DNA from: a virus
Direction: 5' to 3' (one strand)
DNA length: 64,000 nucleotides
Virus record (IMG/VR): IMGVR_UViG_3300014775_001776
Span: 40,711 to 104,710 of that record
Shown: positions 42,101-53,900 of the stretch, in pieces
Layout: every line of letters starts with the position of its first letter
Numbering within the stretch: the stretch's first letter is position 1
Notes under the pieces: model-generated
Seen by the model: the letters and a program-made list of their open reading frames with translations, nothing else
Told to the model about the DNA's origin: nothing
Database searches by the model: none
Translations under genes and position numbers: made by a program

Positions 42101-45100
42101 CACCTACTAGAGATATTTCAATTGTAGATGCTCAAAGCTGTTGTAGTTCATCTGTTATAAAAGTTAACATTCCCTATGATTTACAACCAGCTAGTGGTTT
42201 GACCTCTGTGATCGGGACTGTGATTAGTTTCGATAATCAATGTTATACGATAATTACAACTGGAAGTACTGGTACCCCAGTAGGTATTATCGATACAGAT
42301 GGTTCAGGAAATTATATTACTTACTCTGGGTGTTCAGCATGTACAAACGATGAACCATGTCCTACACCTACAATCACTGTAACAAATACTAATACAACAA
42401 CTAATACTCCGACTAATACACCAACTACTACAGTTACACCTACTGTTACCACTACAAATACACAAACACCAACACTTACAATGACAAAACAGTTTGAAAA
42501 ATGGATTGCAGTAAAATGTAATACAGGTGAATTATTAATAGTGGAATCTGAAAGTGGAACTACTGCTGGAAGTATTATACTTGTTGATAATCAATGTTAC
42601 ACCGCAACCTACACAACTACGACTGGTGTTACTGCATCTGCGGCTACATTAACTGAGTATGTTAATTGCGATCAATGTAGGACTGAATATCCAGATTTGT
42701 CACCAACTCCTGTGGCTTCACCTACTTCAACACCTTCATATACGCCTACATTAACATTAACTAGAACGAATACGCCAACACCATCACAGTCTAGTGGTTT
42801 TCCTATAGTTTACGCTCAAACAATTTGTTCTACAGGTACTACAAGTTTGAATAATGGACAGTTTTATGCTACCAATGAAGATCCAGAAATTGGGCAATAT
42901 GGTGAATTCGAAGGATCCTGCTACGAAATAATCTATATTTATCCAAGTGACTACGGATTCCCAGTTTATCCATTAGGTCTTGTTAATTTCCAATATAGTG
43001 GTGAATCAGAATGTAGTGACGTAAATCCATGTCCAACACCTACTCCGACCTTAACTGTGACAGTAACAAATACTATTACAAATACTATTACAAATACTAT
43101 TACCCCGACACCAACAATAACAAATACTAATACGGTTACTCAAACTATCACGTCTACTAGTGGGTTTAAATCTTACACATTAATTTCATGTTCAGCTTGT
43201 ACATACCAAGTTGATTTCTATAACATGTCTGAAATATATGAAGTTAACGATGTGGTTGAGGTTAGTGGTGTTTGTTATACTATAACTGGTGAAATTTCGT
43301 ATAATCCGTCTTTTGATACTGTAACTGCTACGACTTATGGTAATTGTGATTTATGTATAAGTTCTAATCCTTGTGTGACTCCTTCACCATCTAATACACC
43401 AACTTTAACTCCTACACTAACAGTAACAACTTCTATAGGTCAAAGGTTAGCTAGAGTAATAAACTGCTGTGACCCAAGTGATGTACAATTTTACAATGTA
43501 ATTAATGGTTCGACAGGAAGAACATTCAATAGTTCATATAAGTGCTGGGAAATAGTAGAGATTTACACATATCCGGCATCTGAGGTACCAGTATTTGTTG
43601 GTACATACTACAGTTCATGTACACAATGTACTACTGTACATTCAATTTGTCCGACCACCACACCGACAAATACACCAACATATACCTCAACAAACACACC
43701 AACTCCCACAAATACCGTAACAGTTACAAATACTATTACAAATACAAATACTCTTACAAACACCAATACACCTACACATACTGTTACAAATTCACCCACA
43801 CCTTCAGTGACACCATCATTTGGGACAACACCGACTCCAACACCTGGATTAACCGTAACACCAACGGTGACTGCGACAAACACCAGTACACCTACTCAAA
43901 CTGTTACACATTCAGTTACACCTTCAGTAACACCTTCAGTCGGAACAACTTCGACTCCAACACCGGGATTAACAGTAACACCAACAGCTACAGTCACAAA
44001 TACTCCTACAAACACGAGTACACCAACTCACACAGTCACAAATTCAGTAACACCTTCAGTCGGAACAACTTCGACCCCAACCCCTAATACAACTTCTACA
44101 CCTACACCAACTATAACTACTACACCTACATTTACACTGACAAATACCGAAACCCCAACGTATACTCCATCACCTACTCCGACACTAACAATATTTGCAT
44201 CACAAACACCAACTTTGAGTCCTACACCCACCAAAACATTTGCCGGGACTCCAACGAACACTCCAACCCTAACAAATACGCCAACTGTCACAGTCACGAA
44301 TACAAATACAAATACTCCTACATATTCTAACACTGTCACACCAACAAATACTTCAACGACTACATTAACACCTACTGTAACACAGACGATAACGAGCACG
44401 TCAGCTTTATTCACATGGTCATTGGTGGATACTTGTACAAATACCGTTTACGTATTTGCGAACCTTCCACAATATGTGAATGGTTATGAACTTATAAGCG
44501 GTGATCAAGTAGGTCTTTCAGGTGCATGTTATACATTACAATCAAAAATTAAATATATTAGTACTGGAACTACTGCTGAGTACCCATGTACATATATCTG
44601 TCCCTCTCCACAAAGTACATCTGGTGCTACACCAACACCAACTCCAACAATTACTAGGACACCAACTGTGACTCCAAGTGTGACAGGAACACAAGTTGCG
44701 ACACCTACAGTAACTGCTACAGTTACAAAGACAGCAACAGTCACAGTTACGAATACAATAACTAGGACGCATACTAGTACTCCTACAGTTACAAGTACTA
44801 CAGGTGCAACACCAACACCAACATTGTCGAACACAATGACAAATACACCAACAATTACTAAAACTGCTGGACCATTCCCAGTCACACCTTCTAATACTCC
44901 AACAACATCTGTGACACCGACATTATCACCTACAGGTCAATTTAAAGATGTAATAGCTTCTGGATCGTGTGAGGTTAGTGGTATTATAGCAGTTAATGTT
45001 CCACACTACGTCCTAATCGGTGAAATTATTACAGTTGAGGTCCCATATCAAGGTTATGTGGTAAATCAATGTTACCAAGTAATACAAGAGATCCCTGCAG

Positions 45101-47793
45101 GTGCTACTTTGATCGGTGAAACAACTACATACTCATCAGTTCAAGAATGTATTTCAAATAACAATCCATGTGCTGGTTTATTACCTAGTTCTACACCTTC
45201 AGTCACTAATACACCTACATATACAAACACACCTACATATACAAATACACCTACTTTGACATCTAACTTCAGAAGAGCTGCGTTTATGTCATTATGTTGT
45301 CCAAGTAGTGGTAGTTCGGAAATCACATATTTCAATATAAGTGCAAATATAATATCAGGTATTTTCTTCTACAATGGAACTTGTTATACACTAATACCAG
45401 ATGATTATGGTCAATTTAGTGGTACGACAGATACTTCTTTACCTTACTTGACTGATTATTATGAAAGTTGTTACGAATGTTCTGCAAGTAATACTGTAAT
45501 TTGTGGTACACCGCCAGTAACACCTACTAATACCTTGACACCGACAAATACGCCAACACATACTATAACCAGAACAATAAATGCTACACCAACACCATCA
45601 TTTACACAAACTCAGACGGGTACATTATTAGTTACATCAACACCATCTGGGTCTGCAGGTTTAATTGATATTCGGGTTAGTGGGGTTTGTTCTGGAGATA
45701 TATATGATGCATTATCAACAGTACCAGTATTTTTCGGACAAGTCGGTGTGTTTAATGGAGAATGTGCCACAGTTGTTGGTATAGGGGTTGGTAATGGAAC
45801 CGAAGTATTTACCGCAACTTATTTGACTGGAGACACTATTAATAATTGTCTAAGTGATAATACTTGTCCAACACCAACACCACAAATTACTTATACACCA
45901 ACGACAACACCAACTTTAACAAAAACATTAGCGGCAACAAGTGCTCCAAGATATTCCTACAATTATTACTTATGTCAATCATGTACTAATGAGACACAAT
46001 TTAGATACTTTAATGTTAGAAGTGATTTCCCTGAAGGAGGTGTTGTATTTGACGTTGAGACAAATAATTGTTTCCAGAGAGTTGAACAATTAGATCCACC
46101 AAAAGACAATAATGCTCCTCAGATTAACTCATTCTTTGTTGATTGTGAGACGTGTTTTGCAAGTAGAGGTAAGTCACTACCAACACCGACTGTTACTCCA
46201 CAAGTTACAACTACAGCTACACCAACGGGTAGTCCAACATATAGATTAAGGTTAGCACAAAGTTGTTGTACTGATTCTTATGAATACTTCAACGCACCTG
46301 AGAACTTACCAGTAGGTCAAATTGTTACTGTTAATGATGAGTGTTATACGTTGTTTGAGAGTTTACCAGTAGGTCCGTTCTTTGGATATCAGTATGTGAC
46401 AGTTGAAAATTTCCAAGATTGTGAAACTTGTACCCAAAATAAATCTTGCTATTCCTTATTCTTAATTAGAAGATGTAACGATTCAACAATTTATGATGTG
46501 GTAAACATTTATAAAGGCAATGAAGTTCCATTCTCGATAATTTATGATAATGAATGTTGGGATGTATTGACAAAATTAAGTGATACTGAAAATTCAGATT
46601 ACGAATATGCCACTATTGGTTTAGAATATGATAGTTGTGAGTTATGTTCAGACGATCTTACAAACTATTTAAATTCTATTGGAGCTTCGATGACACCAAC
46701 ACCAAATGTCACACCAACAATTACACCAACAATACCACAGGCTAAGAGTTTACCAGAAAATACAGTCTGTCTGACTCAAAATACACCAGTGACTGTTGAA
46801 TCAGGAAGTAATGGTTTTGAATATGTATTTGGAAATGGTAACTATGGAAAACAATATGCGGTCAATACTGGAACTTATATATTCCAGAACGTACCAATAG
46901 ATAATCCGATTACATTCTTAAATAGATTTGTGACTGGAACAACTGTTACAGGACAATATTTAAAAGGTACCAAAATTGCTAGTGATGGTAATGTTTATGA
47001 ATTCTTCTATGGTGATGTGACATTGACTGTTGAACAAGAATTTATTTCTATGAGTTATGAATCATGGGATCAAGGTTATTTAGGAGGACTAAATAATGTT
47101 ATATTCGATCCAACATGTTCAGATGGAATAGATTCGGATATGATAATATTTTATGTATGGGAAGATGGGATAGTCGCAAGGAAAAATGGGTTACCAGTCT
47201 TCAAAGAAATTGAAGATGTAATTAAGTTCTCTAACAAAAATAATTTTGACGGATATCATCTAGTTAAGTATGATTTACTAGGTTATAATTTTGAAAAACC
47301 GGATGAATTACAAATACTCGTTGAAGATAAAATAGGTTATTCACCAGGAAGTAATGAAAGAGCAGGATCGGAATTTGAAAGATTGGAGTTGAGATATGCT
47401 TTAAGATTAAGTGACCTTGTTAATAACACTAAAAATGTGAGAACCAAGACTGATTTCTATGGTCAAACATACTTACTTCAAGGAGATACATTATATGAAG
47501 GTATTGACAGACAAACTAATTCTACTGATTCTTACTACGTTGAGCAATATGGTAGATATTTCTATATAAGTGATTGTGGATTAGTAAATTTACCAGAAGA
47601 TGATGTAAATGATCTTTTCCCAGAAGCTGGTGGATTTAAGCGTTGTACTTGTGAAGTCAGAAGACCAGATTATTGCGGAGAAGAAGGAGTATATATCCAA
47701 AGTTCGATAACGATTAGATGTTGGAGACCAATTCCATGTCCTGTTTGTTGTACCGCATTTTCAATTGGAAACGGAGGAAAACAAATTGTTTAA
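39121..47793 (+). CDS. Giant beads-on-a-string protein: about 20 Cys modules separated by Thr-Pro mucin-like linkers
   Basis: About 2890 aa. The start is placed at ATG 39121 because MAQVIIRLT aligns with MANVIIRLT of ORF 33195 and the motif spacing matches. Repeated CC..CY..CxxC..C units. Confidence 0.82.
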   Translation: MAQVIIRLTLSSNAIGPFDIHTGSTATSPIALNLTRDQLIYGQIVELDGSEEGTRYDLFIVSKETDCGNVIEKEIIVYDDETTRQKDRVPTVTPSPTVLPEDYSLYLFNSVCADFGETQTIFLNIPDSDSFGDIVSYNDVCWKKVAGPLDLDYRHPVISSSYSDKDACLTENPCEDMYKTIQASKCCDSNFSTTLNVPSKLQVGQTFIYEGQCWINEQILSKTSTIGFPRVQDQQFYEDCFSCLSVRPCYFAYECVPCCGDQTTEYFNIPFTNLDTNITHVSYNNTCYSVVSLFANYEISTYPRIDERRIYDSCASCRNVFPCINFYLFSAKKCCDGSSGDTYFKLLVNESNLDETFYFSYEEECYYSDQFISITLSDFEGDNIPEITNFYTSCNTCQGLYGCTPSLTPTYTPTNTVPITYYTIVCSQGCCGDYEDWIIFRIDSNLEPEQDKVVNFENSCFVIESVLEYQVQSDFPIVELIYDNCDSCSTLYPCPTPTPTVTLTQSSSLKHVYIQRCCPAQYQVQVVVQTDENATIGDIIVVDGKCHTIIGLDAPDTGDYHPVSNYSQCSDCETDYPCPTPTPTLPLSPTVTRTNTPTPTNTSTYTQTPTASGEVFIDVDFGVEYETGSTIANFSICATTVVTEVTTINFDNILYLASDPTKTERLSVRVDILAGETEGTAQVTSTKDLSLFIPYQTSYENIRSDRGNSLRTINKYAKVVFPETAPITAGYQFANCCWTDIKNGPPEFVYAFVDATQINGWISLGYGITYSGECYYPRSLGTPGPTDISLGTIWGPDNKGCTDVNCACVTPTPTRTSTPTPTPTNTVTATITKTPQQTQSLTPSPTRTPVATVTKTPAVTTTPVMSYNCWTAFSCCSPESQLISLPTIVSGNTFSSGDYITLSGICYQLGTIATSGVCPVNSNYGNYDNLTYTSCTDCNFSNPCVTPTPTRTVTPTQSNTPTYTYTNTSTPTITATVSVGSDISPTPTHTPTITPTRDISIVDAQSCCSSSVIKVNIPYDLQPASGLTSVIGTVISFDNQCYTIITTGSTGTPVGIIDTDGSGNYITYSGCSACTNDEPCPTPTITVTNTNTTTNTPTNTPTTTVTPTVTTTNTQTPTLTMTKQFEKWIAVKCNTGELLIVESESGTTAGSIILVDNQCYTATYTTTTGVTASAATLTEYVNCDQCRTEYPDLSPTPVASPTSTPSYTPTLTLTRTNTPTPSQSSGFPIVYAQTICSTGTTSLNNGQFYATNEDPEIGQYGEFEGSCYEIIYIYPSDYGFPVYPLGLVNFQYSGESECSDVNPCPTPTPTLTVTVTNTITNTITNTITPTPTITNTNTVTQTITSTSGFKSYTLISCSACTYQVDFYNMSEIYEVNDVVEVSGVCYTITGEISYNPSFDTVTATTYGNCDLCISSNPCVTPSPSNTPTLTPTLTVTTSIGQRLARVINCCDPSDVQFYNVINGSTGRTFNSSYKCWEIVEIYTYPASEVPVFVGTYYSSCTQCTTVHSICPTTTPTNTPTYTSTNTPTPTNTVTVTNTITNTNTLTNTNTPTHTVTNSPTPSVTPSFGTTPTPTPGLTVTPTVTATNTSTPTQTVTHSVTPSVTPSVGTTSTPTPGLTVTPTATVTNTPTNTSTPTHTVTNSVTPSVGTTSTPTPNTTSTPTPTITTTPTFTLTNTETPTYTPSPTPTLTIFASQTPTLSPTPTKTFAGTPTNTPTLTNTPTVTVTNTNTNTPTYSNTVTPTNTSTTTLTPTVTQTITSTSALFTWSLVDTCTNTVYVFANLPQYVNGYELISGDQVGLSGACYTLQSKIKYISTGTTAEYPCTYICPSPQSTSGATPTPTPTITRTPTVTPSVTGTQVATPTVTATVTKTATVTVTNTITRTHTSTPTVTSTTGATPTPTLSNTMTNTPTITKTAGPFPVTPSNTPTTSVTPTLSPTGQFKDVIASGSCEVSGIIAVNVPHYVLIGEIITVEVPYQGYVVNQCYQVIQEIPAGATLIGETTTYSSVQECISNNNPCAGLLPSSTPSVTNTPTYTNTPTYTNTPTLTSNFRRAAFMSLCCPSSGSSEITYFNISANIISGIFFYNGTCYTLIPDDYGQFSGTTDTSLPYLTDYYESCYECSASNTVICGTPPVTPTNTLTPTNTPTHTITRTINATPTPSFTQTQTGTLLVTSTPSGSAGLIDIRVSGVCSGDIYDALSTVPVFFGQVGVFNGECATVVGIGVGNGTEVFTATYLTGDTINNCLSDNTCPTPTPQITYTPTTTPTLTKTLAATSAPRYSYNYYLCQSCTNETQFRYFNVRSDFPEGGVVFDVETNNCFQRVEQLDPPKDNNAPQINSFFVDCETCFASRGKSLPTPTVTPQVTTTATPTGSPTYRLRLAQSCCTDSYEYFNAPENLPVGQIVTVNDECYTLFESLPVGPFFGYQYVTVENFQDCETCTQNKSCYSLFLIRRCNDSTIYDVVNIYKGNEVPFSIIYDNECWDVLTKLSDTENSDYEYATIGLEYDSCELCSDDLTNYLNSIGASMTPTPNVTPTITPTIPQAKSLPENTVCLTQNTPVTVESGSNGFEYVFGNGNYGKQYAVNTGTYIFQNVPIDNPITFLNRFVTGTTVTGQYLKGTKIASDGNVYEFFYGDVTLTVEQEFISMSYESWDQGYLGGLNNVIFDPTCSDGIDSDMIIFYVWEDGIVARKNGLPVFKEIEDVIKFSNKNNFDGYHLVKYDLLGYNFEKPDELQILVEDKIGYSPGSNERAGSEFERLELRYALRLSDLVNNTKNVRTKTDFYGQTYLLQGDTLYEGIDRQTNSTDSYYVEQYGRYFYISDCGLVNLPEDDVNDLFPEAGGFKRCTCEVRRPDYCGEEGVYIQSSITIRCWRPIPCPVCCTAFSIGNGGKQIV
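43651..44400 (+). repeat. Thr/Pro-rich tract containing a 120-nt (40-aa) tandem triplication
   Basis: TTCAGTAACACCTTCAGTCGGAACAACTTCGAC is identical at 43923 and 44043, with a diverged copy at 43803. Confidence 0.8.
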
Positions 47794-47861
47794 TTAAGAT
47801 CAAAAAAAACTTTACAATTTAATTTATTATCCGAAATTTTTTCTAAGTAAAATTTAAAAAG

Positions 47862-49130
47862 ATGCCTAGAAAAAAAGAAACAATATTTGTTCAGATTGCA
47901 TCATACAGAGATCCAGAACTAGTAAATACTCTGGAAAGTATGATAAAAAACGCTAAAAGACCAAAGAATTTGGTAATTGGTATTTGTAGACAATATCATC
48001 CAGAAGATGGATTTGATAACTTAGATAAGTGGAAAGATGATAAAAGATTTAGAGTAATCGATGTACCTTATACTGAAAGTAAGGGAGTTTGTTGGGCAAG
48101 ACACCAAGTCCAACAAGTTTATAGTGGTGAGACCTATACACTACAGATTGATTCACATATGAGATTTGAAAAAGATTGGGATGTTGAGATGATAGGTATG
48201 GTAAAGCAATTACAAAAAATGGGAATACCAAAACCATTATTGACATCATATGTTTCTTCTTTTGATCCAGAAAATGATCCACAAGCAAGGGTTACAGAAC
48301 CATGGAGAATGGCTTTTGATAGATTTATACCTGAAGGTGCGGTATTCTTCTTACCAGAAACAATACCCAATTGGAAAGAATTAGATACCCCAGTTCCATC
48401 TCGTTTCTATTCTGCCCACTATGCGTTTACGTTAGGAGAATTTTCAACAGAGGTACAACACAACCCTGAATATTATTTCCACGGTGAAGAAATTTCAATT
48501 GCTGCTAGAGCATATACTTGGGGTTATGATTTATTCCACCCACACAAAGTTTTAATTTGGCACGAATATACTAGAAAAGGTAGGACAAAACAATGGGATG
48601 ATGATAAAAAGTGGGTAGATCGTAATAAGCATTCGCATCTTACAAATAGAAAATTATTCGGAATGGATGGTGAAATCCAAGAGGGTCACGATGGTAAGTA
48701 TGGTTTTGGACCTGTGAGAACTTTAGAAGAATACGAAGAATATAGTGGATTACATTTTCAGAAAAGAGGAATACAACAATATACATTAGATAAAAACTAC
48801 CCACCAAACCCAGGAATCGATACATTCGAAAATAAAGAGGCTTGGTTAGATAGTTTTGCAACAATCTACAAGCACTGTATTGATGTTGGTTATGATTCTG
48901 TACCTGAAAAAGATTATGAATTCTGGGTGGTTGCTTTCCACGATAAAGAAGATAATACAATTTTCAGAAAAGATGCGGATAAGGGTGAAATTGATAGAAT
49001 GATGAGAGATCCTGATGGTTATTGTAAAATTTGGAGAGAATTTAATATTACTGAGAAACCAGCATATTGGGTTGTTTGGCCATACTCAACTGAAAAAGGA
49101 TGGTGTGAAAGATTAACAGGTAATCTTTAA
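47862..49130 (+). CDS. Polypeptide alpha-GlcNAc transferase-like glycosyltransferase (GT60 / Pfam GlcNAc, Gnt1-like)
   Basis: IFVQIASYRDPE, SKGVCWAR, LQIDSHMRF (DxH), FHGEEISIAARAYTWGYDLFHP and IWHEY are the conserved blocks of Dictyostelium Gnt1/Gnt2-type enzymes. Confidence 0.9.
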   Translation: MPRKKETIFVQIASYRDPELVNTLESMIKNAKRPKNLVIGICRQYHPEDGFDNLDKWKDDKRFRVIDVPYTESKGVCWARHQVQQVYSGETYTLQIDSHMRFEKDWDVEMIGMVKQLQKMGIPKPLLTSYVSSFDPENDPQARVTEPWRMAFDRFIPEGAVFFLPETIPNWKELDTPVPSRFYSAHYAFTLGEFSTEVQHNPEYYFHGEEISIAARAYTWGYDLFHPHKVLIWHEYTRKGRTKQWDDDKKWVDRNKHSHLTNRKLFGMDGEIQEGHDGKYGFGPVRTLEEYEEYSGLHFQKRGIQQYTLDKNYPPNPGIDTFENKEAWLDSFATIYKHCIDVGYDSVPEKDYEFWVVAFHDKEDNTIFRKDADKGEIDRMMRDPDGYCKIWREFNITEKPAYWVVWPYSTEKGWCERLTGNL

Positions 49131-49151
49131 ACTAAATTATAATTCTACTAA

Positions 49152-50858
49152 ATGACTACACCTACTAAAAATGAAAAGAGTAAAGTAACAATTGTTACAG
49201 GAATATGGGATATTAAAAGAGAGGAGTTAACGGAAGGTTGGTCCAGATCATATGAGCATTATATCCAGAAGTTTAAACAACTTCTGGATATGCCATATAA
49301 TATGATAATTTTTGGAGAAAAAGATTTGAAAGAGATTGTTTTCGAAAATAATTATAGAGATCAATCAAATACACAATTCATTCAAAGAGATCAAGAATGG
49401 TTTAAAAATCATTTTTATGAACAAATACAAGAGATCAGAAATAATGAATCGTGGAAAAATCAAGCAGGGTGGTTAGCAGATTCTACACAAAGTAGATTAG
49501 AAATGTATAATCCACTAGTTATGTCAAAACCATTTTTGTTGAATGATGCTAGAATTTTTGATAAATTTGATTCTGAACAATTGTTTTGGTTAGATGGTGG
49601 AATTACTAATACTGTACATTCTGGGTATTTTACACATGATAAAGTACTCGATAACTTAGAATTCCATGACAAAATATCATTTTTAGCATTTCCATATGTT
49701 GCAGATAAAGAAATACACGGATTTGATTACGAAGAGTTATGTAGGTTATCTGGTGCAAAAGTAGACAAGGTATGTAGAGGTGGATTCTTCGGAGGATCGA
49801 AAACAGCTATCGAAAAGTTCAGTAGTCAATACTACGGTTTAATGAGTTCCACACTTCATAGTGGATTTATGGGTACTGAAGAATCACTATTCTCAATTCT
49901 TTTATATCAAGATACTGAAAATTATCAATACTATTCAATAAATGGAAACGGACTAGTTTCTAAATTCTTTGAAGATCTTAAGAATAAAACAAATGAAGTA
50001 AAAAAAGAAAAGACAAGAATAAGAGGTAGTAAGTCGAAATTAGATGTAAATAATGTTGCGGTTTATATTTTAACTTTCAACAGTCCGAAACAATTAGAAA
50101 CTTTATTTAGGTCTATGTTATACTATGATAATGACTTCCTAAGTAAACCTGATATTATTGTAATTGATAATTCTGTTGATGCAAGTACATACGATGAATA
50201 TACAAGGATATGTCAAGATAATAATGCAACACACGTTAAAATGGAAGAAAACTTGGGGGTGTGTGGAGGAAGACAGTATGTTGCAGAGCACGCTGCGAAA
50301 GCAGATTATGACTATTATTATTTCTTTGAAGATGATATGTTCTTCTATCCAAAAGAGGGTGAGGTTTGTAAGAATGGTTTTAACAGATACGTAAAAGGTT
50401 TATACAGAAAATCATTACAGATTGCTAAGAAAAATAATTTTGATTTCTTGAAACTCTCTTTCTCTGAGTTTTATGGTGATAACAGAACACAATGGGCGTG
50501 GTATAACGTACCACAATCATTCCGTGAAGAACATTGGCCAGAAAAACCAATTTTACCTGTTCAAGGTTTAGACCCAAATGCTCCAAAAACGGCAATCACT
50601 AAAATTGATTGTTTCGAGGGTATACCATTTGCTCACGGTGAGATTTACTATTGTAACTGGCCTCAGGTGGTTTCAAAATATGGTAATAGAAAAATGTTCT
50701 TAACTGAGAAATGGGTACGTCCATTCGAACAAACATGGATGTCTTATATGTTCCAAGAAACAATTAAAGGTAACATATATCCAGGTATTCTTTTATTGAG
50801 TCCTACAGAGCACGATAGATTTGACCATTATGATGGAAATTTGAGGAAGGAATCCTGA
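49152..50858 (+). CDS. Two-domain glycosyltransferase-like protein: HtrL/YibB (WlaTC)-like N-terminus plus GT-A (GT2-like) C-terminus
   Basis: N-terminal VTIVTGIWDI.R...Y...F..LL, YNPLVMSK, FWLDGG, GGFFGG and TEE; C-terminal VYILTFN, IIVIDNS, ENLGVCGGR and FFEDD. Confidence 0.8.
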   Translation: MTTPTKNEKSKVTIVTGIWDIKREELTEGWSRSYEHYIQKFKQLLDMPYNMIIFGEKDLKEIVFENNYRDQSNTQFIQRDQEWFKNHFYEQIQEIRNNESWKNQAGWLADSTQSRLEMYNPLVMSKPFLLNDARIFDKFDSEQLFWLDGGITNTVHSGYFTHDKVLDNLEFHDKISFLAFPYVADKEIHGFDYEELCRLSGAKVDKVCRGGFFGGSKTAIEKFSSQYYGLMSSTLHSGFMGTEESLFSILLYQDTENYQYYSINGNGLVSKFFEDLKNKTNEVKKEKTRIRGSKSKLDVNNVAVYILTFNSPKQLETLFRSMLYYDNDFLSKPDIIVIDNSVDASTYDEYTRICQDNNATHVKMEENLGVCGGRQYVAEHAAKADYDYYYFFEDDMFFYPKEGEVCKNGFNRYVKGLYRKSLQIAKKNNFDFLKLSFSEFYGDNRTQWAWYNVPQSFREEHWPEKPILPVQGLDPNAPKTAITKIDCFEGIPFAHGEIYYCNWPQVVSKYGNRKMFLTEKWVRPFEQTWMSYMFQETIKGNIYPGILLLSPTEHDRFDHYDGNLRKES

Positions 50859-50878
50859 TACAAAAGGGTCTAACCGAT

Positions 50879-50886
50879 TATTTATA
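50879..50886 (+). promoter_or_regulatory. TATTTATA motif, putative late promoter
   Basis: Intergenic, 18 nt before the ATG at 50905. Confidence 0.55.
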
Positions 50887-50904
50887 GGTTAAGTGTATCT
50901 TTAA

Positions 50905-53900
50905 ATGTCAGGATTTAAATTAGGTCAAAAAGTATTATTGAGTAATGGTTCTCAAGTTGAAATAGAAAATATTCAACTTGGGGACCAATTATTTTCTTTT
51001 GATATACCCGAAATCGTTGTCGGTAAAGATTTCCGTGACATTACTTTTCCATCTATAGATGTTGAAAATGTAAGAACCCCTGAGGTAGTTGAGGTCTACC
51101 AAAATGAGGGTAACTATATCCAAATTAATGATTTGGGTTTAATTGATGAGTATGTCTTAGCTTATCACAAACAATCAAAACAATATCAATTTGTTCACAC
51201 CACAGATTTACTTGTTGGTGGATATTATGATATGGTTAGATATGTGGAGGGTGATATTGTCCACGAGGAGGTTGTCAGTAAAGAAATTGTATATTCTTTT
51301 GACCCTCTTTATAACTTAAGTCTTACTAAACCTAACTACTATGTTTTGGATGGTTATATCGTCCATAACGTAGGTTATGCTTGTATTTCACCATGTGACC
51401 CCGCATTAACCCAAGTGGCGTGTATACAAAACGTATATGGTTTTACCACTGGAAATGCTTTTATTGATAATCTTAATGTTTGTTGGGAGGTAATAAGTGT
51501 AGGACCTTGTGAGGGATGTTCTGCTAACGTATCATTTATTGGTAGTGTGGTGTCCACTTTTGAAAACTGTGATGGTTGTAGAGGTGGTGGAGAGCCGGTG
51601 CCTTTTGACCCTGAGAATCCTGAAAATCCTTATGATATTGGTAATGCAGAAGACCCTTGTTGTGTTTATCTAATTGCTTGTAGTGATATTGACCCTGGTG
51701 CTTGTGCAGAGTGTTCATATACTCTGAATCAACAATATGTTACCATTAACAATTTAACTCCGTGTCCAAATGCTGGTCAGGTTGTTAAGTTAGATACTTG
51801 TGATAACTGTTGTTATTTCATTGAGGGAGTGGTTCCTAACTGTACTCCTGTTGCCACTTGTGATGCTACGGTATATGAAACGTGTACTGAGTGTTGTAAT
51901 GCTGCACCACCTGAGTCACCGACCCCAACACCTACTCGTACTCCAACTCGTACTCCATCTCCAACACCTACTAAGACTCCGACTCCCACACCAACACCTG
52001 CGGTTGATAAGTATTTAATGGCTAATTGTTGTGATGAGAATGATACAATAATTCTTTCTGTACAATCTGGTACTGTAATTTATCAGGGTGATGGTGTTAT
52101 TAACCCATTAGGTAATAATAAGTGTTATTATGTTGTAAACTCTTCAACAGGCACTCCGGATGCATTTGTTGATGCGGGTAGTTGGATTGAGCAGATATGT
52201 GATTATCCTGAATGTCCTACATGTCCTTCACCTACACCAACCCCGACTAAAACGGTAACGCCTTCACCTACTCGTACCCCAACTAATACTCCTACTGCGT
52301 CTGTTACTCGTACTCCTACGAATACTCCGACCAACACGGTAACTCCTTCTATAACTAGAACCCCAACAAATACGCCAACCGCATCGGTAACGAGAACCCC
52401 AACCGTTACTCCAACAAATACGGTTACACCATCTATTACTAGAACTCCTACAAATACTCCTACTGCGTCTGTTACTCCTTCTGTTACTGCCTCAGTTACT
52501 CCATCACAAACCGCAGCGGTTACACCTACAAATACGCCGACAAATACGGTCACTCCGTCAATCACACGTACCCCAACGAATACTCCAACATCATCGGTAA
52601 CTCCATCGGTGACTAGGACGCCAACAGTAACTCCGTCTATCACTCGTACACCGACTAATACTCCTACTAGTACGGTAACACCATCTATTACACGTACTCC
52701 AACGAATACGCCGACACCTTCTATCACCCCAACGAACACCCCAACACCATCTATTACGCCTTCTGTAACTAGAACACCAACTAATACTCCTACGAGTACG
52801 GTCACTCCTTCTATTACTAGAACACCTACGAATACTCCAACCCCGTCAATTACGCCAACTAACACTCCAACTAACACTGTTACTCCTTCAATCACAAGGA
52901 CGCCAACTAATACGCCGACCAGTACCGTAACACCATCTATTACTCGTACTCCGACTAATACTCCAACACCGTCAATAACCCCTACAAATACTCCCACGAA
53001 TACAGTTACTCCTTCAATCACAAGGACACCGACAAATACACCAACGTCAACTGTAACTCCTTCTATCACTAGAACACCAACTAATACTCCAACGGCTTCG
53101 GTTACCCCTACTCATACGCCGACAAATACGGTTACCCCATCTATCACTCGTACACCAACGAATACACCAACTGCGTCTATCACTCCGTCCAACACTGTAA
53201 CCCCAACGGTTACTCCATCTATTACTCGTACTCCTACAAATACACCTACGGCGTCTGTTACTGCAACTCCAACTGAGACCCCGACAAACACGCCAACAAA
53301 TACGGTAACTCCGTCAATTACTCGCACCCCTACAAATACACCAACGGCATCTGTAACACCATCTGTTACTGCTTCGGTAACACCTTCTCAGACCGCTGCG
53401 GTTACACCAACGAATACCCCGACAAATACTGTTACTCCTTCAATTACTCGCACACCAACAAACACACCTACATCTACGGTAACACCTTCTATTACCAGAA
53501 CACCAACTAATACTCCAACGGCATCTGTAACTCCAACAAATACTGTAACACCATCTATAACTCGTACACCAACGAATACTCCTACGGCGTCTGTTACTCC
53601 ATCTGTTACTGCTTCGGTAACTCCGTCTCAGACTGCCGCAGTTACTCCTACAAATACGCCAACGAACACAGTTACACCTTCAATTACTAGAACACCAACC
53701 AATACTCCAACTGCTTCAGTTACACCATCTAATACTGTAACCCCATCTATAACTCGTACTCCTACTTATACTCCAACTTCTACTGTAACTCCTTCTATTA
53801 CTCGTACACCTACCAATACTCCGACAGCATCTGTAACTGCTTCGGTTACTCCGTCTGTTACCCCAACTGAAACTCCTACGAATACTCCAACAGCATCTGT

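Noticed and set aside
50905-51369. Canonical protein-splicing intein or mobile homing element
   Set aside because: It has no N-extein, Cys1 is replaced, the +1 residue is Val and there is no endonuclease domain. It is reported instead as a cleavage-only Hint.
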